NCBI GenBank assembly: GCA_046049215.1 | Contig: JBJOER010000018.1 | Location: 1 to 61,097 of the forward strand | DNA: 61,097 nucleotides | Origin: Bacteroidota bacterium | GTDB lineage: Bacteria; Bacteroidota; Bacteroidia; AKYH767-A; OLB10 | Direction: 5' to 3' | In this document: positions 51,946 through 60,746 of the stretch, piece after piece | Numbering within the stretch: the first letter of the stretch is position 1 | Layout: each line of letters starts with the position of its first letter | Notes under the pieces: model-generated | Databases searched by the model: none | Seen by the model: the letters and a program-made list of their open reading frames with translations, nothing else | Told to the model about the DNA's origin: nothing | Translations under genes and position numbers: made by a program

Positions 51946-54456
51946 GTGATTTTGAATACGAGCGTTTTTTTCCGATTGGTCTTGTTGCAGTTTATCCTAC
52001 TGCCGGGATGGTCATCTGCTCAAACGATTGAGCTGGTTAATTGGAGTTTTCATCGGGCAGGCGAGGAGAAAGTACGAAAGGCGGTCGTGCCCGGTTGTGT
52101 GCACCTCGACCTGATAAGGGAGGGGATCATCCCCGATCCGTTCCTCAACGACAATGAATCCAGGGTTCAGTGGGTAGGGGAGAGTGACTGGGTTTATTCG
52201 ACCCGATTCAATTGTACGGATGAAGTGCTCAGGAACAAATCCCTTCTCCTTGTTTTTGAAGGGCTCGACACTTACGCAGAGGTGCGGTTGAATGATTCAC
52301 TCGTCCTTCTCGCCGATAACATGTTTCGGACGTGGAAAGTCCCTGTGCAGGGCTTGCTTAAAACCCAAAACACGCTGAGTGTAATGTTCAAGGCGCCTGA
52401 ACGTATTGCGAAGGAAGCTGCTTCAAAGCTGTCCTACACGCTGCCGGAAGGATTAAGGTCATTCACGCGCAAAGCTCAGTACCATTACGGTTGGGACTGG
52501 GGTCCCCGGCTAATCACCTGTGGCATCTGGAAACCGGTGCGTATTGAGGCAAATTCGCCTCCAAGGCTTGTTTCCATGCGAATCCGTACGGTCAATGTCA
52601 GTGAAGACAGCATTACAGCCGAAGCCATTATTCGCATACGCGCTACCGATAGTACGGCGGTGAACATCACGCTTCGTCGGTGGGCTGCAAGCGGAGATGT
52701 TCTTGCCTTCCAGGCAGTGGCTTTGAAAGTCGGGGAATACGACTACTCCGTGCCCTTCAGCATGAAAGATGTGCCGCTTTGGAACCCTGTCGGTCGGGGA
52801 GAGCAGCATCTCGAGGGATTCACCTGCAACTTGTCAGGTCTGATCGGGCAGAGTGTTTCCTGCACCACAGGATTTCGCAATGCTGAGTTGATCCGGGAGA
52901 AAGACAGTATCGGGACCTCCTTCGGGTTCAGTGTCAATGGTCGTCCGGTTTTCGCCAGGGGAGCGAATATCATCCCGCCCGATGTTTTTCTTTCGCGTGT
53001 CCCCGATAGCTCGTACGAGCGCCTGGTCATCCGCGCCAAAGAGGCGAACATGAATATGCTGCGGGTGTGGGGTGGAGGTGTATATCTTCCGGATGCATTC
53101 TACGATGCATGCGACCGTCATGGGATCATGGTCTGGCAGGACTTCATGTCGGCCTGCAGCATGGTACCGGGGGATGTCCACTTCCGTGATAATTTCAGGC
53201 AGGAGGCGATTGAACAGGTTGAACGTTTGTCCTTCCATCCCAGCGTTGTTCTGTGGTGCGGCAACAACGAGAACGACGAAGGCTGGCACAACTGGGGATG
53301 GCAAAAGCAATTCAAGTACTCCACTGCCGATTCCGCCACGATCTGGAGGGATTATAAATCCCTGTTTCATGAAATTCTCCCTTCTGTGATTGACTCGCTC
53401 GATCCCGGAAAACCTTATTGGCCGTCCTCTCCTTCCAAAGGCTGGGGCCGCAAGGAGAGCCTTACGGAGGGCGATTGTCACTACTGGGGCGTATGGTGGG
53501 GGATGGAGCCTTTTGAGATCTACCGTACAAAGACAGGACGGTTCATGAGTGAGTACGGATTCCAGTCTGTACCGGCTCAGTCGTGCTGGAAGGGGTCCAT
53601 CGACACCCTGTCACTCACGGCAACGGGATTCCGAAATCATCAAAAGCACCCCCGCGGATTCCAGACCATCGATCATTATCTGCAATCCTATTTCGGAATA
53701 AGCTCGTCATTTGATGATTACTCCTACCTCAGCCAGCTTCAGCAGGCTTACGGGATGAAAATCGCTCTTGAGGCTCACCGTGGGGCTTATCCCCGTTGCA
53801 GAGGCACACTGTTCTGGCAGCTGAACGACTGCTGGCCATCGGTATCCTGGAGTGCATTGGACAATACCCTGGGGAAAAAACTGGTTTACCATACAGCCGG
53901 TGAACTGTTCGCTCCTTTGTTCATCGGCATGCGTCAGCATGCAGGCCGGCTCAAGGTGACCATACACAACGATACCGGTGCAGAAGGCTCATATACGGTC
54001 CGCCTGATGGCTATCAATGTTCGCGATACGGCAGGGCCATATCAGTTGGATGAAAAACGCATCCGTCTTCGGCCGGATGAGATCGCGGACGATGCGGTTT
54101 CTTTTCCCTTGTCGATGCTGCAGAATGCCGATACAAGCACCACCATTTATATCGCCGAAGCAGAGGATAACTTCAGTTTTAAGCGCCTTGTCAGAAACAC
54201 CTTTCACACGGCGATGCCCAGAAACCTGTCCCTACGGAAGGCGGAATTGCGACTGCGTGTTGTCGCACCCGACGAAGTGGAGGTGTCCACCAACGTTTTC
54301 GCCTACGGCGTGGACCTTTACACTGAAGGAGCGATTGCTGATTTCAGCGAAAACGGATTTCATCTCCTCCCAGGAGAAAGCCGGAGGGTGAAAGTGAGCG
54401 GAATTCCGGCAGCCAAAGTCCGTGTCCGATGCTACAACAACATCAAACGCAAGTGA
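51946..54456 (+). CDS. GH2-family beta-mannosidase
   Basis: The start is GTG and a signal peptide is present. The motif GIWKPVRIE is present. The acid/base region is VVLWCGNNENDEGW and the nucleophile region is FMSEYGFQS. The ~836-aa size is typical of bacterial beta-mannosidases. Confidence 0.85.
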   Translation: MILNTSVFFRLVLLQFILLPGWSSAQTIELVNWSFHRAGEEKVRKAVVPGCVHLDLIREGIIPDPFLNDNESRVQWVGESDWVYSTRFNCTDEVLRNKSLLLVFEGLDTYAEVRLNDSLVLLADNMFRTWKVPVQGLLKTQNTLSVMFKAPERIAKEAASKLSYTLPEGLRSFTRKAQYHYGWDWGPRLITCGIWKPVRIEANSPPRLVSMRIRTVNVSEDSITAEAIIRIRATDSTAVNITLRRWAASGDVLAFQAVALKVGEYDYSVPFSMKDVPLWNPVGRGEQHLEGFTCNLSGLIGQSVSCTTGFRNAELIREKDSIGTSFGFSVNGRPVFARGANIIPPDVFLSRVPDSSYERLVIRAKEANMNMLRVWGGGVYLPDAFYDACDRHGIMVWQDFMSACSMVPGDVHFRDNFRQEAIEQVERLSFHPSVVLWCGNNENDEGWHNWGWQKQFKYSTADSATIWRDYKSLFHEILPSVIDSLDPGKPYWPSSPSKGWGRKESLTEGDCHYWGVWWGMEPFEIYRTKTGRFMSEYGFQSVPAQSCWKGSIDTLSLTATGFRNHQKHPRGFQTIDHYLQSYFGISSSFDDYSYLSQLQQAYGMKIALEAHRGAYPRCRGTLFWQLNDCWPSVSWSALDNTLGKKLVYHTAGELFAPLFIGMRQHAGRLKVTIHNDTGAEGSYTVRLMAINVRDTAGPYQLDEKRIRLRPDEIADDAVSFPLSMLQNADTSTTIYIAEAEDNFSFKRLVRNTFHTAMPRNLSLRKAELRLRVVAPDEVEVSTNVFAYGVDLYTEGAIADFSENGFHLLPGESRRVKVSGIPAAKVRVRCYNNIKRK

Positions 54457-54496
54457 ATTAAGCCTACCCGAAAAACGCTTTCATTACCTTTATCCG

Positions 54497-57424
54497 ATGC
54501 AACTGTCAATCCATATCAAGTCCTTCTGCCAGGGATTACTCTTTGTTCTGTTCGCCCCGGTTTTCCTGCAAGCCCAGGATCTCACCCGTTATGTAGACCC
54601 CATGACAGGTACCGGCGGGGTCGGACACACCTACCCGGGTGCGACCGTTCCTCACGGAATGGTCCAACTCAGTCCCGACACCCGACGCAACGACAGTTGG
54701 GAAGGCTGCGCCGGCTACTATCATGCCGACAGCATCATCTACGGCTTCAGCCACACGCACCTGAGTGGCACGGGTTGTTCCGATTACGGGGATATTCTGG
54801 TCATGCCCGGTAACGGTAAAGGTAAAGGAACTTTTGCTCCGGAAGAGTACGGATCGCGTTATCGCCACGACCGCGAAACGGCAGTACCGGGTTATTATTC
54901 CGTCGTTTTATCCGATGACAAGATCAGTGCGGAACTCACCGCAACCACCCGTACCGGGTTGCACCGCTACAGTTTCACAAACACCAAAGACCGGTACATC
55001 CTGATCGACCTGCGTCATCGCGACAAGTTGTTGGGACATGGATTCAAAATGATCAGCAATACCCGCATTGAAGGGTATCGCCGCAGCAGTGCCTGGGCGA
55101 CCGATCAGTCCGTGTATTTCGCCATGGAGTTTTCTGAGCCCATCACCTCTATTGAATGCCTCGGCTCGGCTTCCACCGGAATGGAGTTGAAGTCCGACGC
55201 TCAGGCGATCATCGTCCGTTTTACCGATGGAGCCCAATACCCGCTCCTTGTCAAGGCGGGGATCAGTACGGTAGATACCGATGGAGCCAGACGAAACCTG
55301 GATGCCGAATTACCCGGATGGGATTTTGAAAACACGAAATCGCAGGCCAAGGCGTCCTGGAACAAAGCCCTTTCCAGGATCCAGGCTTCCGGAAAAGACG
55401 AAAAGGCGCTGGAGAATTTCTATACTTCCCTCTATCACACCATGGTGGTTCCCAATGTGATCTCGGATACAGATGGCCGTTACAGGGGACGCGACCAGAA
55501 GATACATACCGCTGAGGGATATACCCAATACACCGTATTCAGCCTCTGGGACACCTTCCGTGCAACACATCCCCTTTATACCCTCATCGACAGCACACGT
55601 ACGCTGGATTTCATCCGCACTTTCCTGGCCCAATACCAGCAGGGCGGACGTTTGCCGGTATGGGAACTCGGTGCCAGCGAAACGGATTGCATGATCGGTT
55701 ACCACAGTATTCCGGTCATCGCCGATGCCCTTGTAAAAGGTGTCGGAGGGTTCGATACCAGCCTGGCCTTCGAGGCCATGAAGAAAAGTGCGACCTGGGA
55801 CCACCTGGGGCTACCAGCTTATATGCGTCGCGGTTATATCGCAGTGGACGATGAGCACGAGTCTGTTTCTAAAACCCTGGAGTATGCCTATGACGATTGG
55901 TGCATCGCCGAAGTCGCTCGCATGATGGGCCGCGAGGACGACAGGAAGGAATACCTGAAACGTGCGCTGTCCTACCGCAATTTGTTCGACCCCTCCACCG
56001 GATTCATGCGTCCCCGCCGCAATGGTGGTTTCCTCTCTCCATTCGATCCGCGTGAGGTGAACAACCATTATACAGAAGCGAACAGCTGGCAGTATTCCTT
56101 CTTCGTACCTCAGGATATTCCTGGCCTTGTGAAACTCATGGGTGGGCCTGCCGCCATGGAGAAGAAACTCGATGAACTGTTCTCTGCGCCAACGCAAACC
56201 ACCGGCAGGACCCAGGCCGATATCACCGGACTCATCGGTCAATATGCCCATGGAAACGAGCCCAGTCACCACATGGCTTACCTGTACGATTACATCGGAA
56301 AGCCCTGGAAGACCCAGAAGATCGTCCGACAGATCCTCGACAGCCTTTACAAGAAGGGCCCTGAGGGGTTGCCCGGGAATGAGGACTGCGGACAGATGTC
56401 AGCCTGGTATGTGTGGAGCGCGATGGGATTCTATCCGGTAACACCCGGGAGTCCGTATTATGCGGTTGGAACACCACTGTTCGACAGCATGACGGTATCT
56501 CTGGAAAATGGCAATCGCGTACGTATTCTGGCCGAGCGGAAGTCGGTAGGCGACATCTACGTAAAAAGCCTGCAGATCGACGGCCGTGAAATCACAGGTA
56601 ATTTAATCACGCACGACGAGTTGGTGAAAGCCGGTACCATCCGCTTCGTACTCTCAAACACCCCGGCGATGACCCGTGGAATTCAGCCCGAGTCACGTGG
56701 AGGGATCGAAGTTGGGAATTTCCTGCGGGCCCCGGTTTTCAAGAGTACATCCCGTATTTTTTCTGATAGCCTGACGGTGGAGATTGAATCACCCGACGGA
56801 GGGCAGATCATCTTCGGCAACTCGGAAGAGGCTCTTCAAAACGGCCGGGCTTACCGCGGTCCTTTTCTGATAAAGGGCAATGCCACACTATTTGCCCAGG
56901 TGCGCAGTGAGAAGGGATCCAGCGGGATAAGTTCTGCATCATTTTATCGTGTTCCTTCCAAATGGACGGTAAAGTTGAATACCGAACCAAGCAGCCAGTA
57001 CACTGCTGAAGGCAACTCGTCAATGATCGATGGTATTCGCGGAACCGAAAACTGGAGAAAAGGCGACTGGCATGGATACCAGGGCAAGGATATGGATGTC
57101 GAAATTCACCTGGGCGGAAGCCGGGAGATACGGAGTGTAGAAGCCGGATTCCTGCAGGACGTACGTCCGTGGATCCTCCTGCCCAAAGAAATGACGGTTT
57201 TTGTTTCAGAAGATGGCAAGGATTGGAAACCAGTGGGGAAGTTCAAGAATGAATTGGCGGATACGGTGATGGTGCCTGCCATACAAAACTGGAAGGTGGA
57301 GTTCGAGCCGGTCATCGCAAGGCATGTCCGTGTAAAAGCGGTCAATTACGGCAAACTTCCCGCATGGCATCCCGGAGCCGGTTCCGATGCATTCATTTTT
57401 TGCGATGAGATTTTTGTGCGGTAA
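54497..57424 (+). CDS. GH92-family alpha-mannosidase (alpha-1,2-mannosidase-like) with C-terminal discoidin-like domain
   Basis: The signal peptide is MQLSIHIKSFCQGLLFVLFAPVFLQAQ. GH92 blocks are VDPMTGTGGVGHTYPGATVPHGMVQLSPDT, GFSHTHLSGTG, FSLWDTFRA.HPL and HGNEPSHHMAYLY, plus GNEDCGQMSAWYV. The longest ORF (54422) overlaps the GH2 end, so 54497 is preferred. Confidence 0.9.
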   Translation: MQLSIHIKSFCQGLLFVLFAPVFLQAQDLTRYVDPMTGTGGVGHTYPGATVPHGMVQLSPDTRRNDSWEGCAGYYHADSIIYGFSHTHLSGTGCSDYGDILVMPGNGKGKGTFAPEEYGSRYRHDRETAVPGYYSVVLSDDKISAELTATTRTGLHRYSFTNTKDRYILIDLRHRDKLLGHGFKMISNTRIEGYRRSSAWATDQSVYFAMEFSEPITSIECLGSASTGMELKSDAQAIIVRFTDGAQYPLLVKAGISTVDTDGARRNLDAELPGWDFENTKSQAKASWNKALSRIQASGKDEKALENFYTSLYHTMVVPNVISDTDGRYRGRDQKIHTAEGYTQYTVFSLWDTFRATHPLYTLIDSTRTLDFIRTFLAQYQQGGRLPVWELGASETDCMIGYHSIPVIADALVKGVGGFDTSLAFEAMKKSATWDHLGLPAYMRRGYIAVDDEHESVSKTLEYAYDDWCIAEVARMMGREDDRKEYLKRALSYRNLFDPSTGFMRPRRNGGFLSPFDPREVNNHYTEANSWQYSFFVPQDIPGLVKLMGGPAAMEKKLDELFSAPTQTTGRTQADITGLIGQYAHGNEPSHHMAYLYDYIGKPWKTQKIVRQILDSLYKKGPEGLPGNEDCGQMSAWYVWSAMGFYPVTPGSPYYAVGTPLFDSMTVSLENGNRVRILAERKSVGDIYVKSLQIDGREITGNLITHDELVKAGTIRFVLSNTPAMTRGIQPESRGGIEVGNFLRAPVFKSTSRIFSDSLTVEIESPDGGQIIFGNSEEALQNGRAYRGPFLIKGNATLFAQVRSEKGSSGISSASFYRVPSKWTVKLNTEPSSQYTAEGNSSMIDGIRGTENWRKGDWHGYQGKDMDVEIHLGGSREIRSVEAGFLQDVRPWILLPKEMTVFVSEDGKDWKPVGKFKNELADTVMVPAIQNWKVEFEPVIARHVRVKAVNYGKLPAWHPGAGSDAFIFCDEIFVR

Positions 57425-57494
57425 CGGCTTAGCTATACGAAAACGGATGACAGCAGTATTTTGCCACTTGCGTACTTGTGGTTAATTTTACATA

Positions 57495-58514
57495 ATGTTC
57501 AACCGCCGCTCGTTCCTGCGCAAAACCGTGTGTTCCGCAGGAGCCCTACTGGTTGCCTCAGAACTCAAATCATCCGCTTTTCCGAATTCCGTTGGCAATG
57601 CACGCCTTCCTCTGGTGATCTCTACCTGGGCGCCCAATACCAAAGCCAATGCCGCCGCTTGGCAGATCCTCGCTAAAGGAGGCCGCTCGCTTGATGCGGT
57701 CGAACAGGGGGTTTGGGTACCGGAAGCCGATCCCGAAGACACCAGCGTAGGCTATGGCGGCCTGCCCGACCGAGACGGCAGAGTTACCCTCGACGCCTGC
57801 ATCATGGACGAAGCCGGCAACATCGGCTCGGTGATGTGTCTCGAGCACATCATGCACCCCATCTCCGTGGCGCGTAAAGTGATGGAGAACACCCCGCACG
57901 TGATTCTGGTAGGAGAAGGGGCGCTTCAATTCGCCCTGGCCAATGGCTTCAAAAAAGAGAACCTCCTGACCAGGAATGCGGAAACGATCTGGAAGGAATG
58001 GTTGAAGAATTCGAAGTACGACCCCAACGATACCCTCAAGTTCATGAAGCAGGACCGCAAGCCCGGCGGTAAAGACAACCACGATACCATCGGTATGCTG
58101 GCCATTGACCTGCAGGGTAATTTAAGCGGAGCTTGCAGCACAAGCGGAATGGCCTTCAAAATGCATGGTAGGGTAGGTGATTCTCCAGTGATCGGTGCGG
58201 CCTTGTACGTCGATAACGAAGTCGGGGCGGCTACAGCCACGGGAGTCGGCGAAGAAGTGATCCGGATTGCCGGAGCCCACACGATCGTAGAGGCCATGCG
58301 GTATGGTAAATCGCCGCAGGAGGCCTGCAGGATCGCTGTTGAACGACTATACAAATGGCGCAAAGGGAAAGTCGAAGACAAGCAGATCGGTTTCATTGCG
58401 GTCAATAAAGCCGGTGAAACAGGAGCATTCGCCCTGAAACCTGGTTTTAACTATGCCCTGCGTCAGGAAGACGGCAAAGACCAGGTCCTGGATTCCGCCT
58501 TTTTATTGCAATGA
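57495..58514 (+). CDS. N4-(beta-N-acetylglucosaminyl)-L-asparaginase (glycosylasparaginase, Ntn-hydrolase) with Tat signal
   Basis: The Tat signal is MFNRRSFLRKTV. Family blocks are VGYGGLPDRDGRVTLDACIMD and the autoproteolytic site HDTIGMLAID. Further blocks are GRVGDSPVIGAALYVDNEVGAATATGVGEEVIR. Confidence 0.9.
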   Translation: MFNRRSFLRKTVCSAGALLVASELKSSAFPNSVGNARLPLVISTWAPNTKANAAAWQILAKGGRSLDAVEQGVWVPEADPEDTSVGYGGLPDRDGRVTLDACIMDEAGNIGSVMCLEHIMHPISVARKVMENTPHVILVGEGALQFALANGFKKENLLTRNAETIWKEWLKNSKYDPNDTLKFMKQDRKPGGKDNHDTIGMLAIDLQGNLSGACSTSGMAFKMHGRVGDSPVIGAALYVDNEVGAATATGVGEEVIRIAGAHTIVEAMRYGKSPQEACRIAVERLYKWRKGKVEDKQIGFIAVNKAGETGAFALKPGFNYALRQEDGKDQVLDSAFLLQ

Positions 58515-58554
58515 TGGTTATTACACTGCGGTAATTCCGTTTTTGAACGCGGAA

Positions 58555-59235
58555 ATGATCACCCTTGAACTCGCCGTATTTCATCCTGCCTCGACGGCCA
58601 TCGCCGAGGCAACCGGTGTGCAAAGGATCGAGCTGTGTGAGAATTATGCCGCGGGAGGATTAACCCCTTCCATTGACTTATTGCACACTACCAGGAAAGC
58701 ATATCGTGGGCTCGTATTTGTCATGATCCGCCCGCGATCCCGTGATTTCGTATATACCGACAGTGAGTTTGCAGAGATGTTGCAGCAGGTCGAAACATTC
58801 CGGTCCGCAGGCGTAGATGGATTTGTCACCGGCATGCTGGACAAGGTCAATACCATCGATTCGAAAAAACTTGAGGCATTCATGAAAGCCTGCGGACCCG
58901 TACCGGTCACTTTTCACCGGGCATTTGATCAAGTTGAAGATTGGCGTAACGGTCTCGATGTTTTAATCGCTGCAGGCTGTAGCCGCGTGTTGACATCCGG
59001 AGGCGAATCGAATGCATGGAGTGGAATGGAAAGATTGCGCGAAATGATCGATCATGCGGCCGGACGGATCATCATTCTTCCGGGAGGAGGCGTCCGTTCA
59101 ACCAACGCGCAAACCATCATCGACGCCCTTGGGTGTTCCGAGCTGCACTCTGCTGCGATCCCAAAGGGTGTTGTGCAGCCGATAGCCGATGAGTTGGAAT
59201 TGAAAGGCTTGTTGTCGGTCTGCCGTAGCAATTGA
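58555..59235 (+). CDS. cutC: CutC-family TIM-barrel protein (annotated copper homeostasis protein CutC; true function unclear)
   Basis: MITLELAVFHPASTAIAEATGVQRIELCENYAAGGLTPS.. is followed by VMIRPRSRDFVYT, GVDGFVTGML and VTFHRAFD. The end region reads RVLTSGG..ILPGGGVR, which is the CutC pattern. The longest ORF (58453) overlaps the preceding gene, so 58555 is preferred. Confidence 0.85.
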   Translation: MITLELAVFHPASTAIAEATGVQRIELCENYAAGGLTPSIDLLHTTRKAYRGLVFVMIRPRSRDFVYTDSEFAEMLQQVETFRSAGVDGFVTGMLDKVNTIDSKKLEAFMKACGPVPVTFHRAFDQVEDWRNGLDVLIAAGCSRVLTSGGESNAWSGMERLREMIDHAAGRIIILPGGGVRSTNAQTIIDALGCSELHSAAIPKGVVQPIADELELKGLLSVCRSN

Positions 59236-59309
59236 ATAGCTGTCTTAAGGTCGCTTTGCCCTATGTCATACCTGGAATGGCAGTTCTCCGCATTTCATGT
59301 TGTCTTTGC

Positions 59310-59317
59310 TACATTTG
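59310..59317 (+). promoter_or_regulatory. Candidate -7 promoter box (TACATTTG) for the aldehyde dehydrogenase/alkB unit
   Basis: The sequence matches TAnnTTTG and lies 22 nt upstream of the ATG at 59340. Confidence 0.35.
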
Positions 59318-59339
59318 ATAGGCGATCGACCCAATCCCA

Positions 59340-60740
59340 ATGCTCCTACCGACACCGCAGGTCAATTCCCAGGCATCGCAATACGATGTGAATACCGTAT
59401 TGGGTGATCTACGTCGCTTTTTCATGGCCGGAAACACCCGCAGCACGGCATTTCGAAAACAATCCCTGCAAAGACTTCAGTTGGAGATCCGAAACCGGGA
59501 AGCCGACATCGCGTCGGCTTTGAAAAGCGATCTGGGGAAGAGTGACCGCGAAGCCTATCTGACTGAAACAGGCATGGTGCTGCGTGAGATCCGGATCCAG
59601 GTCCGGAACCTCGGGCGCTGGTCCGGACCTCAACGTGTTCCGACCCCTTTCTACCTCTGGCCTTCCTCGAGCCGGATCGTTCACGAACCGCTTGGAGTAG
59701 CGCTGCTGATGGCTCCCTGGAATTACCCTTTCCAGATGGTGATGGCTCCCCTGGTCGGAGCAATTGCTGCCGGTTGTTGTGTGTTGATAAAACCATCTCC
59801 GGATGCACCGGCCACCGCGGCACTCATGAATGAAATTGTCGGGTCCGTATTCGATCCGGGTCATGTACGGCTGCTCCAAGGCGGGATTCCACTGGCTCAG
59901 GAAATTCTTCGTCAACGCTTTGACGTTATCTTCTTCACCGGCAGTCCCACGGTAGGCCGTATCGTGATGCGTGCCGCTGCCGAACACCTCACTCCGGTCA
60001 TTCTCGAATTGGGAGGGAAAAGTCCTTGTATCGTCCACCATGATGCCGACCTCAAAGTGGCTGCCCGACGTATAGCTTGGGGGAAAATGCTCAATGCCGG
60101 TCAGACCTGCATCGCTCCGGATTACATCCTGGTTCATCAATCGATCAAGGATGCATTCATCGGGGCCCTGCGACAGGCGTTCGGTGAATTGCTGGGTCAG
60201 GATTCCCGTTCAAATCCGCATTATGCACGGATCATCGATGCGGCCTCGCACCAACGGCTTCAGGAAATGCTGGACGATGCCCCGCAATTGTACGGAGGCG
60301 CCTGTTCCCGCGAATCGCGGTTCATAGAGCCCACCGTTCTGGATGAACCACCGGAGGATTCGGCTTTGCGAAGCCGGGAGATTTTCGGACCTCTGCTGCC
60401 GGTTTACGCCTTCAATACTATCGATGAGGCGGTTCAGCGCATCAACAACGGGGAAAAGCCGCTTGCCCTCTATGTGTTTGCGTCGAAGAAGATCGCTGAA
60501 GACGTGATCGGACGTACAAGCTCCGGCGGAGTCTGTATCAACGACACCGTCATGCACATTGCCAATCCATACTTTCCCTTTGGTGGAGTAGGCGAAAGCG
60601 GCATGGGCCGTTACCGGGGCAGGTACAGTTTCGAAGCATTCAGTCACCGCAAGCCGGTGTTGAGCAGTGCAAAGTCGTTCGATCCGCCTATGCGCTATCC
60701 TCCATACCGCTGGTTCAACCTGATCAAAAGGCTGTTGTAA
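59340..60740 (+). CDS. NAD(P)+-dependent aldehyde dehydrogenase, class-3/fatty-aldehyde dehydrogenase-like
   Basis: ALDH blocks are APWNYPF, FFTGSPTVGRIV, the catalytic Glu in ELGGKSPCIV and the catalytic Cys in NAGQTCIAPDY. FGGVGESGMG is also present. The ~466-aa size fits ALDH3-type enzymes. Confidence 0.9.
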   Translation: MLLPTPQVNSQASQYDVNTVLGDLRRFFMAGNTRSTAFRKQSLQRLQLEIRNREADIASALKSDLGKSDREAYLTETGMVLREIRIQVRNLGRWSGPQRVPTPFYLWPSSSRIVHEPLGVALLMAPWNYPFQMVMAPLVGAIAAGCCVLIKPSPDAPATAALMNEIVGSVFDPGHVRLLQGGIPLAQEILRQRFDVIFFTGSPTVGRIVMRAAAEHLTPVILELGGKSPCIVHHDADLKVAARRIAWGKMLNAGQTCIAPDYILVHQSIKDAFIGALRQAFGELLGQDSRSNPHYARIIDAASHQRLQEMLDDAPQLYGGACSRESRFIEPTVLDEPPEDSALRSREIFGPLLPVYAFNTIDEAVQRINNGEKPLALYVFASKKIAEDVIGRTSSGGVCINDTVMHIANPYFPFGGVGESGMGRYRGRYSFEAFSHRKPVLSSAKSFDPPMRYPPYRWFNLIKRLL

Positions 60741-60746
60741 TACACC

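Noticed and set aside
54422-54496. N-terminal extensions of the GH92 ORF (54422), the cutC ORF (58453), the MFP ORF (41301) and the ORF at 16372.
   Set aside because: The GH92 and cutC extensions overlap the end of the upstream gene, and all four encode non-protein-like sequence. Internal ATGs give canonical signal peptides or family-typical N-termini.
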